A stretch of DNA of 64,000 nucleotides, taken from contig OZ024758.1 in NCBI GenBank assembly GCA_964016885.1, positions 13,392,001 through 13,456,000 on the forward strand, written 5' to 3'. The DNA comes from Eledone cirrhosa (Eukaryota). Shown in pieces: positions 43,895 through 57,776 of the stretch. A program made the position numbers and the translations under genes. Below the pieces are notes generated by a model that was given only the letters and a program-made list of their open reading frames with translations, was not told where the DNA came from and did not search any database. Position 1 is the stretch's first letter. Each line of letters starts with the position of its first letter.

Positions 43895-44592
43895 AACTTG
43901 TCAATTATTAACCATCTTGCCAACAACAACCCTGAACACCTTTTTGATTTCCATGTGTCTAACACACGTGGGCATGCCAACAAAGTCAGAAAACAGCACA
44001 GCTCCCATGACTTTCGGAAACATTTTTTCACACTCAGAGTTGTTGAAGCATGGAACAAACTACCTGCATCAGTTCTTAGCTGTCGAGACACTGCATCCTT
44101 TAAAACCTCCATTGAGCAAACTACCTGCATTAGTTGTTAGCTGTCAAGACACTGCATCCTTTAAAACCTCCATTGAGCAAACTACCTGCATCAGTTGTTA
44201 GCTGTCGAGACTGCATCCTTTAAAACCTCCATGCTTCCTGAGATTCGCCAGCACTATGTATTTCATGACTCATACACTATTCATTTTCCTGACATTTGTA
44301 CATTGGATTGGCAGTAAAGGGCGGTAGATTGGCAGTATCGGTAGAGGGTCACACGCCATGCTTTGCAGCATAGAGTTACGGCCCTTTATGGTCTCAGTTC
44401 AAATCCCGCCGAGGTTAACTTTGCCTTTCATCCTTACGGGGTCGATAAAATAAAGTACCAGTAATGCACTGGGATAATTGCTGGCCTTGTGCCAAAAGTA
44501 GAAATAATTATTCTATGTACTATACATGCACCTTTGATGAGTTGTAGTACACCTGAGCACTGTACACAATAATTGGATTATTATTATTATTA
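43895..44592 (+). mobile_element. CR1-group LINE 3' end, interrupted by a SINE, with (ATT)n tail
   Basis: NTRGHANKVRK...RKHFFTLRVVEAWNKLPASV...SFKTSI is the typical CR1/L2-group C-terminal motif; a ~61-bp segment is tandemly repeated at 44058-44231; the UTR resumes after the SINE and ends in attattattatt. Confidence 0.8.
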
Positions 44593-44705
44593 ATTGATCT
44601 ATAATAAAAAAAAATGTTGGATTAATCCTTTAGCATTTATATTTATATTATAAAAAAAGCACCCAGCACTCACTGTAAATGAGGTTGGAAGGGCATCCAG
44701 CTGAA

Positions 44706-44890
44706 GGGCGGGGGATTGGCAGTATCGGTAGAGAGTCGGACGCCATGCTTTCCAGCATAGTTATGTCCCTTTACAGTCTGAGTTCAAATCCCGTCGAGGT
44801 TAACTTTGCCTTTCATCCTTACGGGGTCGATAAAATAAAGTACCAGTAATGCACTGGGTAATTGCTGGCCTTGTGCCTAAAGTAGAAACA
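44706..44890 (+). mobile_element. SINE family B (core resembles the Nin domain), representative copy
   Basis: gggcgg.ggattggcagtatcggtagag...gagttcaaatccc...gcctttcatccttacggggtcgataaaataaagtacc...gtagaaaca(att)n. Other copies near 4626, 4818, 6650, 14251, 32337, 32890, 40696, 44318, 55694 (+) and 57556, 57835, 59369, 59612 (-). The Nin-domain label is from recall and unverified. Confidence 0.8.
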
Positions 44891-44957
44891 ATTAATTGAT
44901 CTATAATAACTTAATAACACAATATCTATTTGTTTATGTTTCAGAAATTCTACCGAA

Positions 44958-45146
44958 ATGTCCACAAGTTTAGCTTCATTGGCAGACAGCTGTCCACCTC
45001 TGTCTTGTGATACTTTCGTTGTGTTGCCACCAAACAGTTTAGAGAACTGTGTAATATTTGGTAAGAATTCTGACAGACCATCTGAAGAAGTACAGGAAGT
45101 ACTCTATATTGCTGGTTGTGACCATCCAAGAAATAGCAAAGTACAA
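44958..45146 (+). CDS. SCRN3: Secernin (SCRN2/3-like, peptidase C69 / Ntn-hydrolase) coding exon 1
   Basis: Translation [25 protein letters not shown]...[17 protein letters not shown]...KVQ matches the secernin N-terminus (SCDTFV.LPP, FGKNSDR, EVQEV). Acceptor tttcag ends at 44944, ATG at 44958, donor GTAAGT at 45147 (phase 0). SCRN2 vs SCRN3 orthology cannot be resolved here. Confidence 0.93.
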
Positions 45147-45491
45147 GTAAGTAAGGAATTGCTATTTAATCCTTCTCTCGGTGTTGGATTTACCATTGTG
45201 CCTAGGTGTGCTGAAGCACTGGGCCCCCGTTGGCCAGAAGGGAGGGAGGGGGCAGGACCCAACCCACCTTCCTGCCAAAAAAATGTTGGATTAATCCTTT
45301 AGCATTTATATTTATATTATAAAAAAAGCACCCAGCACTCACTGTAAATGAGGTTGGAAGGGCATCCAGCTGTAGAAGTCAAGCCAGAATCAGTTCCCGT
45401 ATGAGCAAGACAAGGTCAGCCGACCAGACACTGCCCACAACAGGATAACCCGTCTAACCCATGCTAGCGTGGAAGAATGGATGTAAAACGG

Positions 45492-45530
<39 letters not shown>

Positions 45531-45820
45531 CTTCTGAAAACTTCTGACAGGGTTCAATGATGAAGACATTTTATGATGTGACACCTAATGTTAAAATAGA
45601 GACATATCGCGTGTGTGTGTGTCCTGGTCCTGGTGATGATGATGATAATGATGATGGCAATGATGGTGATGGTGGTGGTGGTGGTGGTGGTGTTGATGAT
45701 GATGATGATGATGATGATGGTGATGATGGCGATGATGGTGATCATGATGGTGATCATGATGATGGAGATGGTGATGATGGAGATGATGGTGATGGTGGTG
45801 ATGGTGATGGTGATAATGCC

Positions 45821-45862
<42 letters not shown>

Positions 45863-46018
45863 GATAATGCTGCTGCTTCTGCTGCTACTGATGATGATGA
45901 TGATGATGATGATGATAATGAACCACAATAAAAATACTTGCAGTCTCACTCCCTATGTTGAAATAGAGACACATATCATTGCAATTGTTTTGTTTACCTA
46001 AGCTTTGTCTTCTTACAG

Positions 46019-46206
46019 TGTACCTATACCAAAGTCGATCAGGCAGGAAGAACCTTTTCTATTATTATAACAAAACCATCTTGGATGTGGGGAGCAGAGA
46101 GTGGATCAAATGAAAATGGCGTCTGTATTGGTAACGAAGCTGTCTTTTCTAAGATGCTCAATCAACAAGAGAATGAAGAAAAGCTTCTTGGTTGTGATAT
46201 CGTTAG
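46019..46206 (+). CDS. SCRN3: Secernin coding exon 2
   Basis: Acceptor tcttacag|; reads CTYTKVDQAGRTFSIIITKPSWMWGAESGSNENGVCIGNEAVFSK...LLGCDIV(R), matching secernin CTYI...P.W.WGAEMGANE.GVCIGNEAV...LLGMDLVR; donor GTGAGA at 46207 (phase 2). Not in the ORF track. Confidence 0.93.
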
Positions 46207-46214
46207 GTGAGAAT

Positions 46215-46256
<42 letters not shown>

Positions 46257-47589
46257 GTTCTCTCTCTCTCTCTATATATATATATATGAAGGCGCATGGC
46301 TTAGTGGTTAGAGCATTGGGCTTTGTAATCTAAAGGTTGTGAGTTCAATTCTCAGACCGGGTGATGTGTTGTTTCCTTGAGCAAGACACTTTATTTCACA
46401 TTGCTCCAGTTTACTCTGCTGTAGAAATGAGATGATAGGGACTGGGGTCCATATCATTCCACTACAAAGTGGTCGTAGAGGTGCCACGGCAAAAAAGCAG
46501 CCAGCCCACACTGTAAAGTGGATGTGTAGGCACCACGGAAAAAAGCACCCACCACTCACTGCAAATGAAGTTAGTGTTAAGAAGGGCATCCAGCTGTAGA
46601 AATCAAGCCAAAATCAGTTCCCGTATGAGCAAGACAAGGTCAGCCGACTTGATACTGCCCACAGCAGCACAACCCGTCTAACCCATGCTAGCATGGAAGA
46701 ACGGACGTGAAACGGTGATGATGATGATGATGATGATATGTATGTATGTATATATCATGACAAAAGGCACCCAGCCCACACTGTAAAGTGGTCATGTAGG
46801 TGTCATGATAAAAAGCACCCAGTCCACACTGTAAAGTGGTCATGTAGGTGTCACAACAAAAAGCACCTAGTACACACTGTAAAGTGGTCATGTAGGTGTC
46901 ACAACAAAAAGCACCCAGTCCACACTGTAAAGTGGTCATGTAGGTGTCACAACAAAAAGCACCCAGTACACACTGTAAAGTGGTCATGTAGGTGTCACAA
47001 CAAAAAGCACCCAGTCCACACTGTAAACGCGATTGGGATTAGGAAGGGCATACAGTCATAGAAATCAAGCCCGAAACAGTCCTATATGAGCAAGACATGG
47101 TCACCTGAACCAACTTGCCTCTAATGGGACAATCTGTCTAACCCACGCTAGCATGGAAAATGGACATTAAAAAATGATTAGGATGATGATGATGGACGTT
47201 AAATGATGATGATGATGATGATTTGTTGTCCCGTGGGATGAGGGGAAATGATATATGTCACATTCTTGTCTGTTCTAATTGTATTAATGACACAACAATA
47301 TTAAAATGAAGTAACTGTAACAGAGAGAAGCAGTGACATTAGGTTGCACACTCAGTGTGCAGGAATTTTGTGCTATGGAGCTTGCCAAAATACATATATA
47401 GATGTGACAGTAATACTAGTAATACTAATGTTAAATTGCTGTTATATTTAATAGGTTATAAGTATGTTAGGGTAGTTAGTAAGTAGTGTAGAGAAAGAGG
47501 TTTAAAACAAGATTCCAGAAATCTGAGAGCGTAAAGTGTTTTCAATCCTGAAATAAAACCACTTATATTTTCTAGAAAAAAACATGAAC

Positions 47590-48697
47590 CTCCATAAAAT
47601 CGTACACATACCATCCCTCTTGTTCTTCCATAAAATGGTACACATACCATACCATCCCTGGTGTCCTTCCATAAACTGGTATATGTATCATACCATCCCT
47701 CTTGTTCTTCCATAAACTGGTACACATACCATACCATCCCTGTTGTCCTTCCATAAACTGGTATATGTATCATACCATCCCTGTTGTCCTTCCATAAACT
47801 GGTATACATACCATACCATCCCTGTTGTCCTTCCATAAACTGGTATATGTATCATACCATCCCAGTTGTCCTTCCATAAACTGGTATATGTATCATACCA
47901 TCCCTGTTGTCCTTCCATAAACTGGTATATGTATCATACCATCCCAGTTGTCCTTCCATAAACTGGTATATATCATACCATCCCAGTTGTCCTTCCATAA
48001 ACTGGTATATGTATCATACCATCCCTGTTGTCCTTCTATAAACTGGTATATGTATCATACCATCCCTGTTGTCCTTCCATAAACTGGTATATATATCATA
48101 CCATCCCTGTTGTCCTTCCATAAACTGGTATATGTATCATACCATCCCTGTTGTTCTTCCATAAACTGGTATATGTATCATACCATCCCTGTTGTCCTTC
48201 CATAAACTGGTATATGTATCATACCATCCTAGTTGTCCTTCCATAAACTGGTATATGTATCATACCATCCCTGTTGTCCTTCCATAAACTGGTATATGCA
48301 TCATACCATCCTGGTTGTCCTTCCATAAACTGGTATATGTATCATACCATCCCTGTTGTCCTTCCATAAACTGGTATATGTATCATACCATCCCTGTTGT
48401 CCTTCCATAAACTGGTATATGTATCATACCATCCTGGTTGTCCTTCCATAAACTGGTATATGTATCATACCATCCCTGTTGTCCTTCCATAAACTGGTAT
48501 ATGTATCATACCATCCCTGTTGTCCTTCCATAAACTGGTATATATATCATACCATCCCTGTTGTCCTTCCATAAACTGGTATATGTATCATACCATCCCT
48601 GTTGTCCTTCCATAAACTGGTATATGTATCATACCATCCCTGTTGTCCTTCCATAAACTGGTATATATATCATACCATCCCAGTTGTCCTTCCATAA
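47590..48697. repeat. 41-bp minisatellite, about 27 copies (secernin intron 2)
   Basis: Unit ccataaactggtatatgtatcataccatccctgttgtcctt. Confidence 0.93.
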
Positions 48698-48794
48698 GAA
48701 ATCCTTCCCAGTAGAGGAAGACCTGCTTGGACCTTCATTAATCAACTCTCAGACAATACAAACCTCAGTAGAGAACAGTTGCCAGGAGCAATGA

Positions 48795-48880
48795 AAAATC
48801 GGCAATTGGTCATCTTTGCCTTTCATCCATTCAAGATTAATAAAAAAAATACCAGTCTAATACTGAGGTCGATTCTTCTT

Positions 48881-48955
<75 letters not shown>

Positions 48956-49482
48956 TCTCTGGAAGAAATCTGTTGTATTCAGACCTGGAGAGGAGATGGG
49001 CTCTGACAGGTTTTGAAAAATGCCTAGGAAACATCTTATGTCAATATGGCACTCCGACAATTCCTTCAGGAGTTACAGGAGCATATCATACCATACCATC
49101 CCATACCATCCCATACCATCCCATACCATACCATACCATACCATACCATACCATACCATACCATACTATGCCATACAATACTATACCACACAACACCATA
49201 CCACACCATACCACACCATACCATACCACACCACACCATACCATACCACACCACACCATACCATACTATACCATACCACACCACACCATACCACACCATA
49301 CCATCCCATACCACACCACACCATACCATACCATACCACACCATACCACACCACACCATACCACACCATACCATCCCATACCACACCACACCATACCATA
49401 CCACATCACACCACACCACACCATACCATACCATACCACACCATACCATCCCACACCATACCACACCTTACCACACCATACC
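48795..49482 (+). mobile_element. Older SINE (family D) with CT tract and expanded (CCATA/CCACA)n tail
   Basis: Family-B-like core at 48810-48875, (CT)n, a unique ~130-bp 3' part also seen inverted at 15340-15480 and 25515-25650, then a pentamer array at 49087-49482. Confidence 0.65.
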
Positions 49483-50408
49483 ATGGTATACACTTCTATA
49501 CTGCCAAAAACCAAAAGATATGTTGATCTCGAATCTATTCAAATGAAATACCAGATTGAGTTAATATATTCATATATTCATATATTAGTCCATAGCATTC
49601 ACTTATGTTTTACCATTTCCATGGTTTATTCTCAGAAAGATTGCTTCATTCCTTACAGTTTGTATTCTTATATTCTTATATTGATCCATTTTACTAACGC
49701 AATCGTCTATATGGCAATACAACCACATAAATCACAGGTTTACTTCATTTTACACAAGATAAGATGAAGTAAACGAAACAAAAGAAGTTATCCATTTTTT
49801 TTTCTGCTATTAATTTGCTTCCATTTTTTGGAGTTTATTTTTTTGTTTGTCTTGTTTTGTTTCTCTTGTATCAACTGCCAGAATTATGGCCATTTTGTTT
49901 TCCTTTGTTCCATTTAGATTTCGCCTTTTCAGTGTTTATCTACGTGTCTTCATATCAGTATTTTAAATTTCTATTTGTTTAGCTGTTTATGATAATATAT
50001 ATATATAGCTATATATGTTGATATATATTAGCTGTTTATATATATATATATATGGAGGCACATGGCTTAGTGGTTAGAGCATTAGCCTTGCAATCGAAAG
50101 GTTGTGAGTTCAATTCTCAGAATGGATGATGTGTTGTTTCCTTGAGCAAGACATTTTATTTCACATTGCTCCAGTTTACTCAGCTGTAGAAATGAGATGA
50201 TAGGCACTGAGGTCCATATCATTCCACTGCAAAGTGGTCGTGGAGGTGCCACGGAAAAAAAGCACCCAGCACTCACTGTAAATGAGGTTGGTGTTATGAA
50301 GGGCATCCAGCTGTAGAAATCAAGCCAGAATCAGTTTTCGTCCCACCCTTGCAAGCAGGGAAAAGCGGACGTTAAATGAAATGATGATGATGATATATAT
50401 ATATATAT

Positions 50409-50538
50409 ATATTTAATATAGAAATGGCTTCTACAGGACTAGAACTGTTTCATTTGGAAGAAATCATCAGGGCTTCTTGATGATTTCTCCCGAATGAAAC
50501 AGTTCTAGTCCTGTAGAAGCCATTTCTATATTAAATAT
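50409..50538. repeat. Fold-back palindrome of a hammerhead-like repeat family (other copies near 6431-6488 and 53931-53990)
   Basis: ~62-bp arms around a 6-nt spacer; each arm reads (c/t)tgatga-tttc...aat-gaaa-cagttcta-gtc-ctgtagaagcc. Confidence 0.8.
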
Positions 50539-51066
50539 TTATTCTCTACTATGTATTGAGTACCTTACTGTGGTTACCCCCGATTGAACCTGGGATAAAC
50601 TTATATATATATATATATATATCAACCCATGCTAGCGTGGAAGATGGACGTTAAATGATGATGATGATATGTTTAGCTAAATATATTGATATATATATGT
50701 TTAGCTGTATATGTTGATATATATATATATATATACATATATATACATACATACACATATATAGTGTAGGTAATTCCGTGAATTACTGATGGTGCTACCA
50801 AAACAAGCACTCTATGCACAAACAGAGTGCATATATTAGTAGTAGTATTAGTGGTAGTAGTGGTGTTGGCAATGATGATGGTTACAGTGGTGGCGCGGGG
50901 AGGGGTTATGATACTACTGCTGCTGATAATAATGATGATGATGATGATGATGATGATATTGTTTATATATTTGTTTTTTGGGGGGTTTTTTTTGCTCAGC
51001 AGACATGACGTCAACAGATTCCACCACCTCCACCTCCTCCTTCCCCTCTTCCACCACCTCTTCCTC

Positions 51067-51101
<35 letters not shown>

Positions 51102-51842
51102 CCTCTTCTACCACCTCGTCCTCCTTCCCCCTTCAACCACCTCTTCTTCCTCCTCATCATCATCATCATCATCCACCTCCTCCTCCTCCCCCCTCTTCCA
51201 CCACCTCGTCCTCCTTGCCCCCTTCCACCACTTCTTCCTCTTCCACCTCCTCACCCAACCCTCTTCCACCACCTCCTCCTCCAACCCTCTTCCACCACCT
51301 CCTCCTCCTCCTCAGTTTCACCCCCACTGCCCCTCCTCCCGCTTCCCCCTCCTCACCTTCATCATCCTCCAGCCCTCATTCTCCACTAAAGGTGGTTGAC
51401 TGACATGTACCAATACATTGGGCCTACTACCCACCGTATCTCTAGGGACATACAGCTGCTCCAAGGTCCCTTCTCTATCCCCCCCCCCCCTCCCCTCCCC
51501 TCCCCTCCCCTCCACCTCCCTCCCATTGAACCACATTAGCCACAAGGGTCACCAGAGATAACATAGTTACCCAGTAGTTACCCAGTCACCATGTGTGGAT
51601 GTGAGGAAGGAGAAGCTGACAGGGAAGCTGTGTACCTGTGTAAAGGTAGACTTGTGTACCTGTGTAAAGGTAGACATTACACACCAGTCTGCTCTTTAGT
51701 TCATCACAGAGGCTAGATACACAATGGTGGTGAGGCTATAAGTAAGAGAGGAGTTACAAGCAGGTGGCAAGTAGACATGCAACCCCTCCTCTAAGCACGC
51801 ACTGCTGCACAACCTGTATCATGTTACTATAGGATAGACTCT

Positions 51843-53360
51843 CACACACATATATACACATATATACACATATATACACATATATACACACATATATACA
51901 CATATATACACATATATACACATATATACACACATATATACACATATATACACATATATACACATATATATACACATATATACACATATATACACACATA
52001 CACACACATATATACACATATATACACATATATACACATATATACACATATATTCACACATACACACACATATATACACATATATACACATATATACACA
52101 TATATACACATATATACACATATATACACACATATATACACATATATACACATATATACACACATATATACACATATATACACATATATACACATATATA
52201 CACATATATACACATATATACACATATATACACACATACACACATATATACACATATATACACATATATACACATATACACACATATATATACACATATA
52301 TACACATATACACACATATATACACATATATACACACATATATACACACATATATACACATATATACACACATATATACACACATACACACATATATACA
52401 CATATATACACATATATACACATATACACACATATATACACATATATACACATATATACACATATATACACACATATATACACATATATACACATATATA
52501 CACACATACACACACATATACACATACACACATATATACACATATATACACACATATATACACATATATACACATATATACACATATATACACATATATA
52601 CATATATATATATACATATATACACACATATATACACACATACACACATATATACACATATATACACATATACACACATATATACACATATATACACATA
52701 TATACATATATATACACATATATACACACATATACACACATATATACACACATATACACATATATACACATATATACACACATATATACACATATATACA
52801 CATATATACACACATATACACATATATACACATATATACACACATACACACACATATATACACATATATACACATACACACATATATACACATATATACA
52901 CACATATATACACATATATACACATATATACACATATATACACATATATACATATATATATATATACATATATACACACATATACACATATATACACACA
53001 TATATACACATATATACACATATACCCACATATATACACATATATACACATATATACACATATATACACATATATACACACATATATACACATATATACA
53101 CATATATACACATATATACACATATATACACACATACACACATATATACACATATATACACACATATACACATATATACACATATATACACACATATATA
53201 CACATATATACACATATATACACACATATACACATATATACACACATATATACACATATATACACATATATACACACATACACACATATATATATACACA
53301 TATATACACATATATACACATATATACACATATATACACATATATACACATATATGTACA
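51843..53360. repeat. (TATATACACA)n compound microsatellite, about 1.5 kb
   Basis: Decamer repeat seen directly; source of the spurious 439-597 aa ORFs. Confidence 0.95.
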
Positions 53361-53444
53361 CACATGTGTACAATCACAAACCAGCAACCAAAATACATAT
53401 CTGAATAAACATATGGATTAGACTTGTGTGTGTATGTATACGTA

Positions 53445-53514
<70 letters not shown>

Positions 53515-53574
53515 CATACATATATATATACATACATATATATATATATATATTTAATATATATATATATATAT

Positions 53575-53605
<31 letters not shown>

Positions 53606-53716
53606 TACACACACATATATATACATATATATCATATATGTTATATATATATATATATATTATATATAAACTCAGGCATACACACGCAATCAAATATATA
53701 TATATTTATATATATA

Positions 53717-53791
<75 letters not shown>

Positions 53792-53796
53792 GTATG

Positions 53797-53828
<32 letters not shown>

Positions 53829-54383
53829 TATGCATACAAAGGCAAAGATATTATAAGTATATCCTGTTTACCTTAATTATAAATAAACACATATCAGACT
53901 ACACTGTAAGGTGCAATGAGAGCAACAAACTTTAATATAGAAATGGCGTCTACAGGACTAGAACTGTTTCAGTCAAAGGGAATCTTCATTGTTATGTATA
54001 CTCTATTAATGTATTGAGTATCTTACTTACTGCGGCTACTCTTGGTTGAACCTGGCACACACACACACACACTCACAGATATATATATGTATGTGTGTGT
54101 GTATCATCATCATCATCATCATTTCATTTTATGTCTGCTTTTCCCTGCTTGCAAAGGTGGGACGGGAAATGAATCTGGCTTGATTTCTACAGCTGGATGC
54201 CCTTCCTAACACCAACCTCATTTACAGTGAGTGCTGGGTGCTTTTTTGCTGTGGCACCTCCACGACCACTTTGCAGTGGAATGATATTACCTACTCTACT
54301 ACCCTAAGTAGAGTATTCTGGTGCGCTATGGTCCACCTGGTATCTTACCACATTTTCTTTGTTTGTTATTTATATATATATAT

Positions 54384-54724
54384 ACCCAACTTCCCACGGT
54401 TACAAGCCAAAGCTGAAGCATATAGACAATATGCCCCCACCCCCTCCCACTGCAAAGTTGTCATGGAGGTGCCATGGCAAAAAAGCACCCAGCCCACACT
54501 GTAAAGTGGACGTGCAGGCGCCACGCAAAAAGTCACCCAGCACTCACTGTAAATGAGGTTGGTGTTAAGAAGGGCATCCAGCTGTAGAAATCATGCCAGA
54601 ATCAGTTCCAGTATGTGCAAGATAAGGCCAGCCGACAGGACACTGCCCACAACAGGACAACCCATCTAACCCATACTAGCGGGGAAGAATGGACGTAAAA
54701 CGGTGATGATGATGATGATGATGA
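54384..54724 (+). mobile_element. 5'-truncated copy of the same RTE 3' UTR
   Basis: Colinear with the reverse complement of 21273-21590; ends in (GAT)n. Confidence 0.75.
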
Positions 54725-55153
54725 TATATATATATATATATAAATACACACACACACACGTTTTAAGAGAGACTTATGCGGTTTATTCTTTGATCAGCAA
54801 GATTTAATTACTTCAGTTGTAAAACCTACTAATGGTATAAAGTTACATTAGTTACAGAATACATAAAGCCGGGAGCTTTTGGTGCCATGCCATTGATGTT
54901 AGGATTTGATATTAAGTTGCTGTAATTTTGTTTAGACACATTGAAATATAATGAACCAATGTAATTTATATTGGTTTAACTAAACGATGGGAAAGAGGAA
55001 CTGTTAAAGGATTAAAGGAGAAGAAAAACTATATTGATGTCTGGATAGTTTGGAAATGATGTATTTCAGATATAAAAGTTGTGAGATTATATCTAGTCAA
55101 CAGATATATATCTTCTTCTTTGATGATGATGATAATGATAATACATTAATTAA

Positions 55154-55659
55154 CCCTTTAGTATTTACATTACTCTATATATCATCATCATCATCATCAT
55201 TATCATCATTTAACGTCCATCTTCCACGCTAGCATGGGTCTGGATGGGAATTGTCCCACTTGAGGCAAAATTTGTTGTCTTGCTCGAGACTGTCTGGCGG
55301 GTTTTCTACGGCTGGATGCCCTTCCTAACACCAACCACATTTATAGTGTGGACTGGGAGGTTTTTACCGTGTTGCCTACACGGCCACATTACAGCGTGGA
55401 CTGTGTGTTTTTTTGTCGTGACACCTACACGACCTCATTCATTTAGGACTGGATGATGTGGTACCAACATAGCTTTACATCGAAAGGGGCGGTCACGGTA
55501 ATGCCTTTATCTCACATAATATCAAATCTATGAGATTTTGATATTATTTATTTTGAGAACAATACCTTAATATCAGTATGAGTAGCCGGTTACAACCAGT
55601 TTGAACAGAAAGAGCAGAGAGAATTCTGGCCGGATATGACTGGTTTAAATGCTAAAGGG
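55154..55659. mobile_element. piggyBac-type MITE interrupted by an RTE-tailed retroposon (55182-55490, -)
   Basis: Same TIRs and TTAA flanks; a partial copy (right end only) is at 2480-2656. Confidence 0.8.
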
Positions 55660-55934
55660 TTAAATTTGGTACGTTTTGTGTTCACATTAAATAGCGGTGG
55701 ATTGGCAGTATCGGTAGAGGGTCGGACGCCATGCTTTGACGCATAGAGTTACGGCCCTTGCCATTCTGAGTTCAAATCCCGCCGAGGTTAACTTTGCCTT
55801 TCATCCTTGCGGGGTCGATAAAATAAAGTACCAGTAATGCACTGGGTAATTTGCTGGCCTTGTGCCAAACGTAGAAACAATTAAATAATATTTCTTACTC
55901 TCATATTTTGTTGTTTTCTTATTTTGTCATCTAG

Positions 55935-56140
55935 GTTGGCTCTTGAACGTAGCTCAACAGCAAAAGAAGCAAAAGACATCATCATTAAACTACTTGAAAC
56001 AGTTGGAGTGGGAGGCCGCGTATCGGATGAACCACTTCTGTCCTACCTGAAGTATGACAACAGCTTCTTAATCAGTGACAAAACAGAAGCTTGGATTGTA
56101 GAAACTGCTGGACAATTTTGGGCAACGCAGAGAGTGACTT
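55935..56140 (+). CDS. SCRN3: Secernin coding exon 3
   Basis: Polypyrimidine tract and ctag| acceptor; completes R then LALERSSTAKEAKDIIIKLLETVGVGG...YDNSFLISDKTEAWIVETAGQFWATQRVT (secernin L.LER..TA, NSFLI.D..EAW..ETAG..WA); donor GTAAAT at 56141 (phase 1). Confidence 0.93.
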
Positions 56141-56249
56141 GTAAATATATTTTGAATTTATATAAAGAAACGCACACATACACATACACACACACATATA
56201 TATTCCCCAGTTTAGCTTGTATCCCACAAATTGAGATTTAGGCTTAAGA

Positions 56250-56294
<45 letters not shown>

Positions 56295-57745
56295 AGGAGG
56301 TGAATAATATTGTAGAACAATAAAACTATGCATATATCAGATAAGTAGCACTCAACAGTTGGTAGAACTGGAGTATATATTAAAGAAGAAATTAAAAGAT
56401 GGTTAAAAAAGTTCCATATATTTTATATATTGCCATTTAAAAAACAACATCATCCTGGGACAAAAATCGTGTTCTCATCAGATAAAATAAGGTAACATGA
56501 TATGAGGCCTAAAAACACTTGTGAACAAGAAAGTGTCCAGTCTACATATGACAAAAATATAAGACTAAGAGAAAAATATGAAAAATGAAGAAAAGGAAAG
56601 AAGAAGGAAAAAGAAATAGAAGAGAGGAAAAAAGAAAGAAAGAAGGAGGAGAGAGAAAGAGAGAGAGAGAGAAATTTTTTATCAGGAACGCTATCAAAAT
56701 GAAAACAGCTGTAAATATCGGCTAAAAAAATAAATAAATAAATTGATGAGTTGTATATGCGGATATTAAAATATATTTTATATTATATATATATATATGG
56801 TTAAGAGGTGCCTATTGACTGTAGGTTTCGCTTTGTACATAGGCAAGGCGGGTCTTCTATATTACCCCAACCCACTACCCCTACTCCATCCTCCCACTCC
56901 CACCAACACCACCCTTTCTCTGTAAAGTTATGTTGGTACCACAACATCCAGTCCAAACTAATGAGATCGTGTAGGTGTCACAACAAAAAAACACACAGTC
57001 CATGCAGTAATGTGGTCATGTAGGTAACACAGTAAAAAGCTCCCAGTCCACACTGTAAATGTGGTTGGTGTTAGGAAGGGCATCCAGCCGTAGAAAACCT
57101 GCCAGATAGTCCTATACGAGCGAGACACAGTCACAAGACCAATTTTGCCTCAAGTGGGACAACTCTCGTCTAACCCATGCTAGCATGAAAGATAGACATT
57201 AAACGATGATGATGATGATGATGATATACATATATATATATATATATATACATGTATACACATACAAATACACATAATATATACATATACAATTATCATC
57301 CATTTTACCCTCTTAAAATGTCACCTTCCAAAGTATTTGTGGCTTTATTTTCTTGTTTGCTTTTTGTTTTTGTTTGTATTTTTCTGTTATATTTCTTTGT
57401 TTGACTTTCCCTGTTCTTCACTCAATTTCCTGACCTTAATTTCATATATTATCTTCCTGATTTCATTCTAGTCACATATTCAGTAAAGATAAATAAGAAT
57501 ATATAAATCTAGTTGTCCTCTTTTTCTCAGCATTAATTCCTGGTTTTAAATTTATAATTGTTTCTACTTTTGGCACAAGGCCAGCAATTACCCCAGTGCA
57601 TTACTGATACTTTATTTTATCGACCCCCTGTAAGGATGAAAGGCAAAGTTAACCTCGGCGGGATTTGAACTCAGAACGTAAAGAGCCATAACTCTATGCT
57701 GCAGAGCATATTGTCCAACACTCTACTGATACTGCCAATGCCCTG

Positions 57746-57776
<31 letters not shown>

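Noticed and set aside
45147-45302. ORF-track extensions beyond the secernin exons (also 56141-56241 and 58711-58816)
   Set aside because: Similarity stops at canonical splice sites whose phases join the exons correctly; the extensions are intronic.
51819-53635. Long ORFs of 439-597 aa (YICVYM...)
   Set aside because: Translations of a (TATATACACA)n microsatellite that lacks stops by composition; the same applies to all YI/HT/RE/poly-M/H/D ORFs.
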